A stretch of DNA of 42,408 nucleotides from Bdellovibrionales bacterium (GCA_041690295.1 JAWLHR010000024.1:1-42408), one strand, 5' to 3'. Positions 1-9,715 are shown, counted from the first letter of the stretch. Notes: a model not told the origin generated them from the sequence alone. Numbers and translations are program-made.

Positions 1-97
1 CGTCGGAGGTTCGGCGGAAAAATCCGGCTTTCAAAATTCGCATCCGGTGATCGGACGTTTCTGGGGATGAATGGCAATAGGGGCAGCTTGGTCGCAT
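1..97 (-). CDS. Partial (5' end) putative IS1/InsA-like zinc-ribbon transposase
   Basis: ATG at 97 reads MRPSCPYCHSSPETSDHRMRILKAGFFRRTSD and stays open to the window edge. CPxC followed by a hydrophobic-K-x-G motif resembles the InsA-type N-terminal zinc ribbon. Confidence 0.5.
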   Translation of the reverse strand, partial: MRPSCPYCHSSPETSDHRMRILKAGFFRRTSD

Positions 98-112
98 GCT
101 CAGTGGTTAAGG

Positions 113-127
113 GCAAATTTCTCGCCA
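113..127 (-). promoter_or_regulatory. sigma54 (-24/-12) promoter-like motif inside the left repeat
   Basis: Minus strand TGGCGAGAAATTTGC = TGGC-N7-TTGC, exact sigma54 spacing. It ends 15 nt before the ATG at 97. Confidence 0.55.
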
Positions 128-156
128 TTATTTTCTGCAGGCTAGTGGGGCAGTTC

Positions 157-825
157 TTAGTGAACTTCGGCCGGAGTGTTGGCGCGAGCTTTAACCGTTT
201 GGTTCATCTCGCGTAAACGCTCATCGGCGATCGCACCGACTTGATCGCGATCGAGCGGGCGACCAGATTCGCTGGCCGCACCGTTGGTGTAGTTACGGGA
301 TGAAATGTACTCTTCGGGATGAACCGGGTTGGAAACGGAACGGTTCATATAGCCTTCTAGGAAGGAAAGAATATTTTCCTTTTGCTCGGGCAGGCGGCGA
401 ACGGCGTCGGCCGCATTACGCAAGAACTTCCAGAGGCTGGATTCGGAATTCGTGCCCACGGCATCGATTTTGGCCATATCCACCAGGGCGCGCTCCAGGA
501 AGGCCTTCATATCGCCGCCGCGGAACTTCGTATCGATTTGAAAAATCAGACGATCCAAGAATTCCTGGCGCAAAACATGTTCTTTTTTGGCCATTTTAAG
601 ATGGCTGATTTCCGCATCGATTTGAGACGGTTGGGCTTCTTCGATTTTGCGGGAAAGCGTTTTATCGATTTCCTGCAGGCGGTGTACGTTTTGAAAACGG
701 AGATCTTGCAAGTACTTCAAGCTGTCGGATTTAACGGATTCCGCCGAATCCGCCAAAACAGGGCCCGGGAGGCAGATTGCCACCATCATCAGGGCTATAT
801 TCAATTTGGCGGTCAGCGTTTTCAT
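157..825 (-). CDS. Hypothetical exported, largely alpha-helical protein
   Basis: 222-aa ORF with an N-terminal signal peptide (MKTLTAKLNIALMMVAICLPGPVLA) and an AAGGAG RBS upstream. Confidence 0.8.
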   Translation of the reverse strand: MKTLTAKLNIALMMVAICLPGPVLADSAESVKSDSLKYLQDLRFQNVHRLQEIDKTLSRKIEEAQPSQIDAEISHLKMAKKEHVLRQEFLDRLIFQIDTKFRGGDMKAFLERALVDMAKIDAVGTNSESSLWKFLRNAADAVRRLPEQKENILSFLEGYMNRSVSNPVHPEEYISSRNYTNGAASESGRPLDRDQVGAIADERLREMNQTVKARANTPAEVH

Positions 826-851
826 TATTGCGTCTCCTTGAGACTCATTTA

Positions 852-867
852 AGCAATTCTAAGGCCA
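852..867 (-). promoter_or_regulatory. sigma54 promoter-like motif for 157..825
   Basis: Minus strand TGGCCTTAGAATTGCT (TGGC-N7-TTGCT). The predicted start near 841 lies just upstream of the RBS. Confidence 0.6.
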
Positions 868-893
868 TTCCTATTTTGACAAGAGTCCAGTAT

Positions 894-906
894 TTTCAAT
901 AACTTA
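894..906. promoter_or_regulatory. IHF-binding-site-like motif
   Basis: TTTCAA-TAAC-TTA, one mismatch to WATCAANNNNTTR, about 30 nt upstream of the sigma54 motif. Confidence 0.35.
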
Positions 907-1010
907 AGATTTTGCCCAAGCCCTCTTTGAGACAATAAATGTCGGCGTTTTTGACACCCCTTGCTGCACCGCCAAATTACCTACACACATAAGCGTATTA
1001 AACCCGCTCC

Positions 1011-1940
1011 ATGGCCAGATTCGATCTCAGTTTGGAGCACAAGGTGATCAAGGCGCTTAAACCCGTTAAAGGTCGGGTTTGGCTCCTGGCCATCTCCGGC
1101 GGTGTCGATTCCATGGTCTTGGCGGAAATTCTGTGGCGCTGGCGCGGGCTTCTCAAAGTGGAACTGATCGTCGCGCACGTTCACCATGGACTTGGTCGGA
1201 GCGCCAAACAAAATCGGTTTCGTCACCGGGCCCAAACTTTGGTGCGATCATGGTGCGAAAAGCACGGGGCTCGTTTTCTCACCAATGAGCCTGAGCATCT
1301 CAACTTGCGCTCGGAGGCGGAACTTAGGGCCTATCGACGTAAAAAATTAATAAACTGGATGAAGGCCTCTGGAGCGGATCACATCGTATTCGCCCATCAT
1401 CAGGATGATCTTCTTGAGACACAGCTTTTGCGGCTCTTGCGCGGATCCGGCCGGCAGGGGTTGCGGGCCATGGCTGTACGAAGAGGCGCGGTTTTGCGTC
1501 CGCTCTTGACGTTGTCGGGGGAGGAAATTCGTCGGTACGCCCGCGTGCGCGGGCTAAAATGGGTCGAGGATCCGAGTAATCGGGACCCGAAAGCTCTACG
1601 AAATTGGTTGCGTCACAAATGGTTGCCCCAATTGGAGAAACGTTCCCGAGGTGCCAAAAAGGCGCTGGCCCGATCTCTCAGTCTGATCGCCGAGGACCGG
1701 TTCGTGGAGTCCGTCGGCGATTTTGTCGGACTGCGGCGCGCGCCTTTAAACCAGATTGAACCGGAACGGCGCGAGAGTGTTGTGGCTCGATACCTTCGCG
1801 TCCTGGGCGCCAAAAATTATACTCGAAGCCATGTGCAAGAACTGCTGAAACGTCTTGGTCCCGGCTCGTGTGAATTCGAGATGCTGGGATTTTCATTTAG
1901 AGCCACATCTGACTTTCTGTGGGCGAGTCGAGTTGAGTGA
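1011..1940 (+). CDS. tilS: tRNA(Ile)-lysidine synthetase (short form)
   Basis: PP-loop AISGGVDS plus HVHHGL, AHHQDDLLET, RPLL and EDPSN motifs. Lies upstream of ftsH. Confidence 0.93.
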   Translation: MARFDLSLEHKVIKALKPVKGRVWLLAISGGVDSMVLAEILWRWRGLLKVELIVAHVHHGLGRSAKQNRFRHRAQTLVRSWCEKHGARFLTNEPEHLNLRSEAELRAYRRKKLINWMKASGADHIVFAHHQDDLLETQLLRLLRGSGRQGLRAMAVRRGAVLRPLLTLSGEEIRRYARVRGLKWVEDPSNRDPKALRNWLRHKWLPQLEKRSRGAKKALARSLSLIAEDRFVESVGDFVGLRRAPLNQIEPERRESVVARYLRVLGAKNYTRSHVQELLKRLGPGSCEFEMLGFSFRATSDFLWASRVE

Positions 1941-2006
1941 CAACTCAACGCATGATAATGTCGACTGAGACTGGGTCGTATTTTCGCCCCTTCAAGAAAG
2001 GAATCT

Positions 2007-3986
2007 ATGCGTTCTCCCTCGAAAACCATGACCCTCTGGGCGCTGCTCATTGTTTTGGCTGTTTTATTTTTCCAGATGTACGAACGCCAAGCCAACCAGA
2101 TGGTTCGCGATTTTAATTACTCCAAGTTCCTCCAGGCTTTGGACAATGACCACATTAACAAAGAAGCTGGAATTTATTTCGACAAGAACACGCAGGAAAT
2201 CGAAGGTCAGTTGAACGAAGCCGGACAAAAAGTTTATGGCGGCAAACACTTTAAAATCCGCGGCAACACTGACGATGTCGGCTTCAATTTGGTGCGTGAA
2301 AAAGGAATCACGCCGAACTACGTGAGTTCGGATAATTCTTTCATGGCAAGTATGTTGCTTAACTGGCTTCCGCTCATCGTGATCATCCTGATGTTCATGT
2401 TCTTCATGCGCCAAATTCAGATCGGCGGCGGAAAGGCCATGGCGTTTGGCAAAAGCCGGGCGCGGCTGCTCACGGAAAATAAAAACCGTGTGACGTTCAA
2501 AGACGTGGCCGGCGTTGAGGAAGCCAAACAGGAATTGCGCGAAATCGTGGAGTTCCTGAAAGATCCAAAAAAGTTCACCAAACTGGGCGGCCGGATCCCC
2601 AAGGGCGTTTTGCTCGTCGGCCATCCGGGAACCGGTAAAACGTTGCTCGCCCGGGCGGTGGCCGGAGAGGCCAATGTGCCCTTCTTCACGATTTCCGGTT
2701 CGGACTTCGTGGAGATGTTCGTGGGTGTGGGCGCCAGTCGGGTACGCGATCTTTTTGAACAAGGGAAGAAAAACGCTCCGTGCTTGATTTTCATCGACGA
2801 GATCGATGCGGTGGGACGCCATCGCGGCGCCGGTATGGGCGGCGGTCACGATGAACGTGAACAAACGCTGAACCAGCTTCTCGTTGAGATGGATGGATTC
2901 GAATCGAATGACGGCGTGATTTTGATCGCCGCCACCAACCGTCCGGATGTTTTGGATCCGGCGCTGCTTAGACCGGGTCGTTTCGACCGCCGTGTGGTGG
3001 TGAACAAACCGGATTTAAAAGGCCGCGAAGAGATTTTGAAAGTGCACACCCGCCGCACGCCATTGGCGCCCGATGTGGATTTGGAAAAGATCGCGCGGGG
3101 TACGCCGGGATTCTCGGGTGCCGACCTTGAGAACCTGGTGAATGAGGCCGCTCTTCAAGCCGCGCGTGACAACAAAGCTCGGCTTGAAATGGAAGATTTT
3201 GAAAAGGCCAAAGACAAAGTCATCATGGGCTCCGAACGTAAATCCATGGTCATCAGCGATAAGGACAAGCGCATCACCGCTTATCACGAAGCCGGCCATG
3301 CGATCGTGGGCCGTCTCTTGCCCAATCTGGATCCCATTCACAAGGTGACCATCATTCCCCGTGGAATGGCCTTGGGACTGACGCAAACATTGCCCGAAGA
3401 AGACCAGCTGAATCTTTCGCTGAGCAAAGCCACCAACATGATTGCTTTCTTGTTCGGCGGTCGCGCGGCGGAAGAATTGGTTTTCAAAGATTTCACAACC
3501 GGCGCGGGCAACGACATCGAGCGGGCGACGGAACTGGCGCGCCGAATGGTGTGCGAGTGGGGGATGAGCGAAAAACTTGGCCCTCTTGCTTATGAAAAAC
3601 GTGAAGGTCCCGTGTTCTTGGGAATGCAAAGTTCACAAAGCCGGGATTACTCCGAAGCCAAGGCTCAGGAGATCGACACGGAAGTTTTCCGCTTGGTGAA
3701 ATCCGGTCACGATACAGCGCTCAAGCTTTTGAGCGAAAACATGCAGGCCCTGCACAATATGGCGGGCGCATTGTTGGAATATGAAACGATTGATTCCGAT
3801 GAGGTGAATCTCCTGGTTCAAGGCGGCACCTTGGAGGATTTGAAAAAGCTAAGAGAAAGCAAAAAGGAACAGTTGGAGCGGGATCGCAAGCAGGTGGCGG
3901 AGTCCCAAGAGAAGGCGGAAAAGGAAGTGCGTAAAAAGGCCTCCGGCTCTGATCCCGTCGGCCAGCCCGGTCCAGTAACTGCATGA
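2007..3986 (+). CDS. ftsH: ATP-dependent zinc metalloprotease FtsH
   Basis: Two N-terminal TM segments, Walker A GHPGTGKT, Walker [19 protein letters not shown], zinc motif HEAGH. Confidence 0.98.
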   Translation: MRSPSKTMTLWALLIVLAVLFFQMYERQANQMVRDFNYSKFLQALDNDHINKEAGIYFDKNTQEIEGQLNEAGQKVYGGKHFKIRGNTDDVGFNLVREKGITPNYVSSDNSFMASMLLNWLPLIVIILMFMFFMRQIQIGGGKAMAFGKSRARLLTENKNRVTFKDVAGVEEAKQELREIVEFLKDPKKFTKLGGRIPKGVLLVGHPGTGKTLLARAVAGEANVPFFTISGSDFVEMFVGVGASRVRDLFEQGKKNAPCLIFIDEIDAVGRHRGAGMGGGHDEREQTLNQLLVEMDGFESNDGVILIAATNRPDVLDPALLRPGRFDRRVVVNKPDLKGREEILKVHTRRTPLAPDVDLEKIARGTPGFSGADLENLVNEAALQAARDNKARLEMEDFEKAKDKVIMGSERKSMVISDKDKRITAYHEAGHAIVGRLLPNLDPIHKVTIIPRGMALGLTQTLPEEDQLNLSLSKATNMIAFLFGGRAAEELVFKDFTTGAGNDIERATELARRMVCEWGMSEKLGPLAYEKREGPVFLGMQSSQSRDYSEAKAQEIDTEVFRLVKSGHDTALKLLSENMQALHNMAGALLEYETIDSDEVNLLVQGGTLEDLKKLRESKKEQLERDRKQVAESQEKAEKEVRKKASGSDPVGQPGPVTA

Positions 3987-4786
3987 TGGACACCATTTGG
4001 AACAATTGGAGCGGGTTGTTCACGCAACTCCGTTTTCTGGATTTCGTCGATCTGGTTTTGGTCTGGATCGTCGTTTACCGGATATTGCTTCTCATCCGAA
4101 AATCCGGCGCGGTACAGATTCTCTCCGGTCTTGGCATAGTGGCGATCGCCTACATGCTTTCGATCTGGCTGGAACTGATCACCTTCAATTCCATTCTTGA
4201 AACGTTCTTCTCCAATCTTTTCGTGATCGTGGTGATCCTGTTCCAAGGCGAAATTCGCCGGGCGCTCGCGCAAATCGGAAGCAATCCGTTTTTGTCTGGC
4301 CAGCGCGCGGTTGAAGAATCCCATATGATCGAGGAATTGGCCAAGGGCATGGTGGCCTGCGCGCAACGCGGGTTCGGTGCTTTGATCGTGCTCGAGCGCG
4401 AGATTTCATTGGATTACTTTATCGAAGAAGGGCAGACCCTGAACGCCGATGTGTCGTCGGAATTGATTCAGGCGCTGTTTCACCCCTCAAGTCCATTACA
4501 TGACGGCGCCGTTTTGATTCGCGGCGGGCGGATCGTTTCCGCCGGTTGTTTTTTGCCGCTCAGTAAAAACTCGGCGCTGGATCGAAACCTGGGGACGCGC
4601 CATCGCGCCGCCATCGGTCTCACTGAAGAAACCGACGCTTATGTTTTTGTCGTTAGTGAAGAAACCCGCTCGGTCGGTATGGCCAATTCCGGCATTCTGC
4701 AATCGGATGTTGACCATGCCCAGATCCGGCAGACGCTTTACGAACTCTATGGCTTGACCAAGAGTATGGAGAGGGTGCACGCGTGA
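3983..4786 (+). CDS. cdaA: Membrane diadenylate cyclase CdaA/DacA
   Basis: Three N-terminal TM helices and a DAC domain with HDGA and GTRHRAA motifs. Followed by a YbbR-like gene and glmM. Confidence 0.95.
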   Translation: MMDTIWNNWSGLFTQLRFLDFVDLVLVWIVVYRILLLIRKSGAVQILSGLGIVAIAYMLSIWLELITFNSILETFFSNLFVIVVILFQGEIRRALAQIGSNPFLSGQRAVEESHMIEELAKGMVACAQRGFGALIVLEREISLDYFIEEGQTLNADVSSELIQALFHPSSPLHDGAVLIRGGRIVSAGCFLPLSKNSALDRNLGTRHRAAIGLTEETDAYVFVVSEETRSVGMANSGILQSDVDHAQIRQTLYELYGLTKSMERVHA

Positions 4787-5175
4787 AAGTCCGCATCATG
4801 AACAACCTGAGCTACAAGTTCGTGGCCTTGGGCGTGGCCATGGTGCTCTGGATGTCCATGTTAGGCCGCAAGGATTCCACCCTGATCAAAGAATTTGAAC
4901 TGCAAGTGCTGCTTGGCCCCCATATGGAGCTTGAAACCCAGGTGCCCCAGATCGTTCGGGTCGAAGTGGCCGGCCCGCGGGTGGCCTTGAAGAAAATCAA
5001 CCAGATGAATCCTTATTTCACCATTGATTTGACCTCGGGACGGCCCGGCCGCCAGGTTGTGGAGCTTCGTCGCGACGGGTTGAGCCTTCCCATCGGCGCT
5101 CGGGTTTTGACGATTGAGCCGAAAGAATTTACCGTGGTTCTTCGCGAAACTCGTCCTGTGGCAGAGGAAAAGTAA
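4783..5175 (+). CDS. cdaR: CdaR/YbbR-like protein (TM anchor plus single domain)
   Basis: NNLSYKFVALGVAMVLW anchor typical of the YbbR family, and VRVEVAGP. Sits between cdaA and glmM. Confidence 0.78.
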   Translation: MKVRIMNNLSYKFVALGVAMVLWMSMLGRKDSTLIKEFELQVLLGPHMELETQVPQIVRVEVAGPRVALKKINQMNPYFTIDLTSGRPGRQVVELRRDGLSLPIGARVLTIEPKEFTVVLRETRPVAEEK

Positions 5176-6539
5176 TGGCGCAGAGATTATTCGGTACGGA
5201 TGGTATTCGGGGAACGGCGAACCGGTTTCCAGTGACTCCCGAAATCGCCCTGAAAGTGGGACAAGCCCTTGGGCTTTTGCTTCGCGGCCAGACCACGCGT
5301 AACGGCCAAAAACTCATGGTTTTGATCGGCAAGGACACGCGCCTTTCCGGTTACATGATCGAACAATCCATGGCGGCGGGATTGAACTCGATGGGCGTGG
5401 GTGTGCAATTGACCGGACCGCTGCCCACGCCGGGGATCGGATTTTTGGCCCGCAATATGCGAGTGGATGCGGGTGTGATCATCTCCGCGTCCCACAATCC
5501 CTATGCGGACAACGGAATAAAAATTTTCGGTGCCGATGGGTTCAAAATTCCCGATCGGATGGAACGCGAAATCGAGCGCATTGTTTTTGAAGAAGACATC
5601 AACAAATATCTCGCGCCCGGTGACACCATCGGGCGCACCCGCCGCATCGACGATGCGGCCGGCCGCTACATCGTTTACGTGAAAAACGCTTTTCCGCTCA
5701 ATCTCTCGCTCGATGGTTTGAGAATCGTCTTGGATTGCGCGAACGGTGCCGCTTACAAAGTGGCGCCGGCGATCTTTTCGGAATTGGGCGCGGACTTGAT
5801 TGTGATTCACAACGAACCGAACGGTTACAACATCAATGACAAAGCGGGCGCGCTTTATCCGCAAAAAATGTGCGAAGCCGTGATCAAGTATCGCGCCGAC
5901 GTGGGCATTAGTCTTGATGGCGACGCGGATCGGGTGATCATGGTGGATGAGCGCGGCGAGATCGTGAATGGCGATCACATTTTGGCGATTTGCGCCCTTC
6001 ATCTGGCCAAGAAAAAGGCTCTTCCGCAAAACACCATCGTGGCTACACAGATGAGCAACGTCGGGCTTGACCAGGCGATGAAAAAGAACGGCATCTCCGT
6101 TTTGCGCACCGATGTGGGCGATAAAAACGTGGTCGAAGCCATGCGCCAACACGGGTACACATTGGGCGGCGAACAAAGCGGACATATCATTCATCTGGAA
6201 TACTCCACCACGGGCGATGGATGCGTGGCCGCGCTGAACGTCCTCGCCGTCATGCAGTCCGAAAATAAAAGACTCTCGGAATTGAAAAACATCATGGACG
6301 ACATGCCCCAGGTGCTGATCAATGCGCGCGTTTCGCAGCGAAAGGATTTGGAGTCGCTGGACGGTTATAAAAAGTTGATCGCCGACGTCGAAGATCAACT
6401 CAAAGGAGAGGGCCGCGTCTTCGTGCGCTTCTCTGGAACCGAGCCCGTCGTGCGCGTGCTGGTCGAGGGTCCCGATCGATCACAAATCGGGCGATTGGCG
6501 GAAGAAATCGCCAAGTATCTCCAGCGCGAGTTGGGATAA
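5175..6539 (+). CDS. glmM: Phosphoglucosamine mutase
   Basis: LFGTDGIRG, phospho-Ser motif ISASHNP, DGDADR, GGEQSGH, RFSGTEP. Confidence 0.97.
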   Translation: MAQRLFGTDGIRGTANRFPVTPEIALKVGQALGLLLRGQTTRNGQKLMVLIGKDTRLSGYMIEQSMAAGLNSMGVGVQLTGPLPTPGIGFLARNMRVDAGVIISASHNPYADNGIKIFGADGFKIPDRMEREIERIVFEEDINKYLAPGDTIGRTRRIDDAAGRYIVYVKNAFPLNLSLDGLRIVLDCANGAAYKVAPAIFSELGADLIVIHNEPNGYNINDKAGALYPQKMCEAVIKYRADVGISLDGDADRVIMVDERGEIVNGDHILAICALHLAKKKALPQNTIVATQMSNVGLDQAMKKNGISVLRTDVGDKNVVEAMRQHGYTLGGEQSGHIIHLEYSTTGDGCVAALNVLAVMQSENKRLSELKNIMDDMPQVLINARVSQRKDLESLDGYKKLIADVEDQLKGEGRVFVRFSGTEPVVRVLVEGPDRSQIGRLAEEIAKYLQRELG

Positions 6540-6544
6540 ATCCA

Positions 6545-8059
6545 ATGCGTCTCGCCACGGTCGAACAAGCGCGACAGATCGATGAGATGTCGCAAACCGC
6601 CTATGGCCTTGAAGCCGAAATTCTCATGGAATCCGCGGGGGCGTTAGCGGCTCGCGAAATCGATCTGGCTTTTCTTCCGGAGTTAACCAAAGGTTCCGTG
6701 TCGGTGATTTGCGGACCGGGAAATAACGGCGGCGACGGTCTCGTGGTGGCCAGACATCTGCATTCGGCCGGTCATCGAGATCTAACGGTTTTCCTGGTGG
6801 CGCCGCTTAAGTCGCGCTCTGAACTTTTTAAAAAACAACTTCACCGGCTGGAGCTTCAGGGATTCCGCCTGATTGATCTTTTGGATCAGCCCGAGAAAGC
6901 GAAACAGATTTCTTCGAGCGCGTTGATTGTGGACGCTCTCTTAGGGATCGGCTTGCGGGGTGAATTGCCCGAGTTGTTCGTGAAAGTGATCGAGACCATC
7001 AATGCGTCCAAAGCGCCGGTGGTGGCTCTGGATACGCCCTCGGGTTTGAACGCCGATACGGGGCAGGTGGAAGGTGCTGGTGTTCGCGCCACGATGACGA
7101 TCACCTTCGGGCTCGCGAAACCCGGATTTTTCGTCTGCGAAGGGCCGGGACATGTGGGGCGGTTAAGAATTCTCCCGATCGGATTTCCGTTTGAAAGTTT
7201 GCGTGGCATCGCGATGACACATTTTTTGTTCACTGAACGGTTGGCAAGGCGCTATCTGCCCAAGCGCAAAGACACCACCAATAAATCCCATCACGGACGG
7301 CTATTGGTTCTCGCCGGGCGACCGGGCTTTTGGGGCGCGGGCTTGCTCGCCTCCACGGCGGCCTTTCGCATCGGCGCGGGATATGTCATTTGGGCGAGTC
7401 ATGAGCCACCTTTGGAATCACTTAAGGAAGTTCCCGAAGTGCTGACGGGCCAGGTGAATGATGAGGCTTTGTGGAATCAGCCGCTGAGTGCGGTGGCGGT
7501 GGGTCCCGGCTTCGGCGTGGGGCCGGAAACCGCCGCCGTCATCGAACGTCTAAAGGCTCTTAATGAAATTCCCGTCGTGGTGGATGCGGATGCCATTACG
7601 GCCTGCGTGGAGCACAAATTATTTCCGCTGCCGGAGCACTGGGTGATCACACCTCACGCTGGAGAACTTTCGCGCATTCTTAAAATCAGCGCGCGGGATA
7701 TTGAACGGAACCGTTTCAAGGCCGCCTTCGCGGCCCATCAGGTGACCCGCTGTCATGTTTTGCTAAAAGGGTTTCGCTCACTGGTGGCCCATAAAGACCG
7801 ATGCCTGGTGATCAATGCGGGCAATGCGGCTTTGGCCAAAGCGGGAACCGGTGATGTTTTGACTGGAATGATCGGCGGTCTTCTCGCGCAAGGTTTGGAT
7901 ACACCCCAGGCCACGGCCACGGCGGCTTATCTTCATGGCCGCCTGGCGGATGAGTGGGTCCGGTCGGGGCAAGACAAATCGTCGCTCACGGCTTCGGATT
8001 TAAAATCCCTGCTACCACAAGTGATTTCACGTCTTCGTCTGGGCGGGAGCTTGGTTTGA
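6545..8059 (+). CDS. nnr: Bifunctional NAD(P)HX epimerase/dehydratase (YjeF)
   Basis: LMESAG, GPGNNGGDG and DTPSG (epimerase); VDADA, TPHAGE and AGTGDVLTG (dehydratase). Confidence 0.95.
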   Translation: MRLATVEQARQIDEMSQTAYGLEAEILMESAGALAAREIDLAFLPELTKGSVSVICGPGNNGGDGLVVARHLHSAGHRDLTVFLVAPLKSRSELFKKQLHRLELQGFRLIDLLDQPEKAKQISSSALIVDALLGIGLRGELPELFVKVIETINASKAPVVALDTPSGLNADTGQVEGAGVRATMTITFGLAKPGFFVCEGPGHVGRLRILPIGFPFESLRGIAMTHFLFTERLARRYLPKRKDTTNKSHHGRLLVLAGRPGFWGAGLLASTAAFRIGAGYVIWASHEPPLESLKEVPEVLTGQVNDEALWNQPLSAVAVGPGFGVGPETAAVIERLKALNEIPVVVDADAITACVEHKLFPLPEHWVITPHAGELSRILKISARDIERNRFKAAFAAHQVTRCHVLLKGFRSLVAHKDRCLVINAGNAALAKAGTGDVLTGMIGGLLAQGLDTPQATATAAYLHGRLADEWVRSGQDKSSLTASDLKSLLPQVISRLRLGGSLV

Positions 8060-8478
8060 TCACCACCTTGAATTCAAAGACAGAAACCGAAGCTTGGGCC
8101 AAAGAGTTCGCGCGATCCCTGAAGCGTCCGGCCGTTGTGGAATTCGTCGGCGATCTAGGGGCCGGTAAAACGCAAATGGTGCGTTGGATGGTGGAAGCGC
8201 TGGGCGGATCGTGGGCGAGTTCACCCACGTTCGCGATTCACCAGACCTATGAAACGCCAAGTGGAGTCATTGACCACTTGGATCTTTACCGACTCAAAGA
8301 TGTTCAGGACCTGGAAAGCACGGGGTTTTGGGATTTACTGGAACGCGATGACGCTTTGATCTTTATCGAATGGGCCGATCGCCTGCAAGATTTTCGCTGG
8401 CCGGAAACCTGGCGTAAGGCTCGCATCGAACTGACTCGTCTTGAAGGGGAAAAGCGGGCGATCAAATTCAGCGGATGA
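8056..8478 (+). CDS. tsaE: t6A biosynthesis ATPase TsaE
   Basis: GDLGAGKT, SSPTF, HLDLYRL, IEW. The start is placed at TTG 8056, which overlaps the nnr stop and has a GGGAG RBS. Confidence 0.92.
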   Translation: MITTLNSKTETEAWAKEFARSLKRPAVVEFVGDLGAGKTQMVRWMVEALGGSWASSPTFAIHQTYETPSGVIDHLDLYRLKDVQDLESTGFWDLLERDDALIFIEWADRLQDFRWPETWRKARIELTRLEGEKRAIKFSG

Positions 8479-8479
8479 G

Positions 8480-9631
8480 TTAAGCGGCGAGATTGGACGC
8501 CAAAGACGGAAGAAATTCGTTGGCGGCCGTCTCCGCCTCGTGAAGCGTTTCCAGGTTCTGCAGAGAGGCCTCTCCGAAAGCCACCAGCACTCCAACGAGA
8601 TTGCCGTTTTCATCTTTCACGGGAATGGCGCTCACACAACCAGGCAACTCGTTGATTTGCAGGCTTTCAAAAAATTCCTGGTGGGCGGGTGATTCCACCA
8701 AGTAACCGTGATAGGGCAAATGAGTTTTCGCGACAATGCGAAAGAAAGTGTGAAAACTGAGATCGACCGCGACATCCTTTTTCGGCTTCAGCGTCGAATC
8801 CCATTTATAGAGCAAGGCTTTGTTATCCACGCACTTCATCAACAGACAGTGCTTGTATTTTTTCTGAAGCGCGGTGAACAATTTTTCGATTTGTTTATCC
8901 CGCTCTTTGTCACTCAATTGAGGTTTCGCCGCGGCTTTCTCCACCTTGGGCGGCTTTTCCTTTTTCTCCGGTTTTTCAGCCACGGGAGGGGGCGCTTCCT
9001 CATTCAGGATCAAGGCCGCTTCATTGATACTGGTGAGGTTCAAGATCGGAGGGGACTCCGGTTCTTCCTCGCCCCCAGAACCAATGGCCTCTGACTTTCC
9101 CGCATCGGGCAATGGCGGCGCGGGGGGCAGGGTGGGATTTTCGGTATTGCCTTCCAAATTCAAATCCAGCTTGAATGGTTTGGCGCTGGTCGCGGCGGAC
9201 ATTCCGACCGGCATCTCAGGTTCTTCTTCGACTTGCTTGGTTCCGGTGGACTCCCAAGCTTTTTCCAGATCGTGGGGATCCGCTAAAACATAGCGCCAAT
9301 GGCTTTCGCCCGACTCGGGCGGCTCGACACAGCCGATGAGAAGCACGTCATCCCACTGCGCGAGGGGAAAGCGCCAGGCTGTCCACTCGCCATCGGAGCT
9401 TAAAAGAGTTCGGGATTCCTCAGCGTTGAAGGCGGTCTCAAAAAACTCGGAGTTCACCACGGGTAGCGCGTAATTTTCCTGAGCCCACCTGAGGTATTTG
9501 TCCACGGGAATATGGCCTTCTTTCAGGCACCAGATTAAAAGAGGCAGGTCGTCGGGTGCGAGCGCGCTCCACTCGTTAAGCTTTTCCGGACTGATTTTAA
9601 GGCCTTCGACCCAATTTCGCGAATTTGTCAT
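8480..9631 (-). CDS. Hypothetical protein: GspE_N/MshEN-like N-terminus, Pro/Glu/Lys linker, GAF-like C-terminus
   Basis: Start placed at ATG 9631 (MTNSRNW). LIWCLKEGHIPVDKYLRWAQENYALPVV resembles T2SSE N-terminal helices and VSAIPVKDENGNLVGVL resembles a GAF C-terminal strand. Domain calls were made by eye. Confidence 0.7.
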   Translation of the reverse strand: MTNSRNWVEGLKISPEKLNEWSALAPDDLPLLIWCLKEGHIPVDKYLRWAQENYALPVVNSEFFETAFNAEESRTLLSSDGEWTAWRFPLAQWDDVLLIGCVEPPESGESHWRYVLADPHDLEKAWESTGTKQVEEEPEMPVGMSAATSAKPFKLDLNLEGNTENPTLPPAPPLPDAGKSEAIGSGGEEEPESPPILNLTSINEAALILNEEAPPPVAEKPEKKEKPPKVEKAAAKPQLSDKERDKQIEKLFTALQKKYKHCLLMKCVDNKALLYKWDSTLKPKKDVAVDLSFHTFFRIVAKTHLPYHGYLVESPAHQEFFESLQINELPGCVSAIPVKDENGNLVGVLVAFGEASLQNLETLHEAETAANEFLPSLASNLAA

Positions 9632-9642
9632 GGACTGAATTC

Positions 9643-9669
9643 TTGTCGGAAATTGGGGGCTTAAGGTTA
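9643..9669 (-). promoter_or_regulatory. sigma28 (FliA)-like promoter for 8480..9631
   Basis: Minus strand TAAC-N15-TCCGACAA versus consensus TAAA-N15-GCCGATAA. Confidence 0.35.
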
Positions 9670-9715
9670 ATATACGCACCTTGTAACTAGACCATGGCCG
9701 TGCTAAGAATGCATT

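Larger units (their letters stand above)
1..157 (-). mobile_element. Left copy (partial, runs off the window) of a repeated IS-like element
   Basis: Reverse complement of 59..157 matches 42310..42408 at 91/99 nt, beginning AGAACTGCCCCACTAGCCTGCAGAAAA. It contains a CPYC-type ORF start. Confidence 0.6.

Noticed and set aside
832..933. Recurrent TTGAGAC motif (838, 927, 19349; TTGAGAT at 28638) as an operator
   Set aside because: The same 7-mer also occurs inside coding regions (e.g. near 622 and 1414), so enrichment cannot be shown by eye.
5187..6398. Long antisense ORFs (5187..6398, 2064..2864, 15331..16044, 31622..32386)
   Set aside because: They are shadows of well-supported genes on the opposite strand and have no recognisable motifs.
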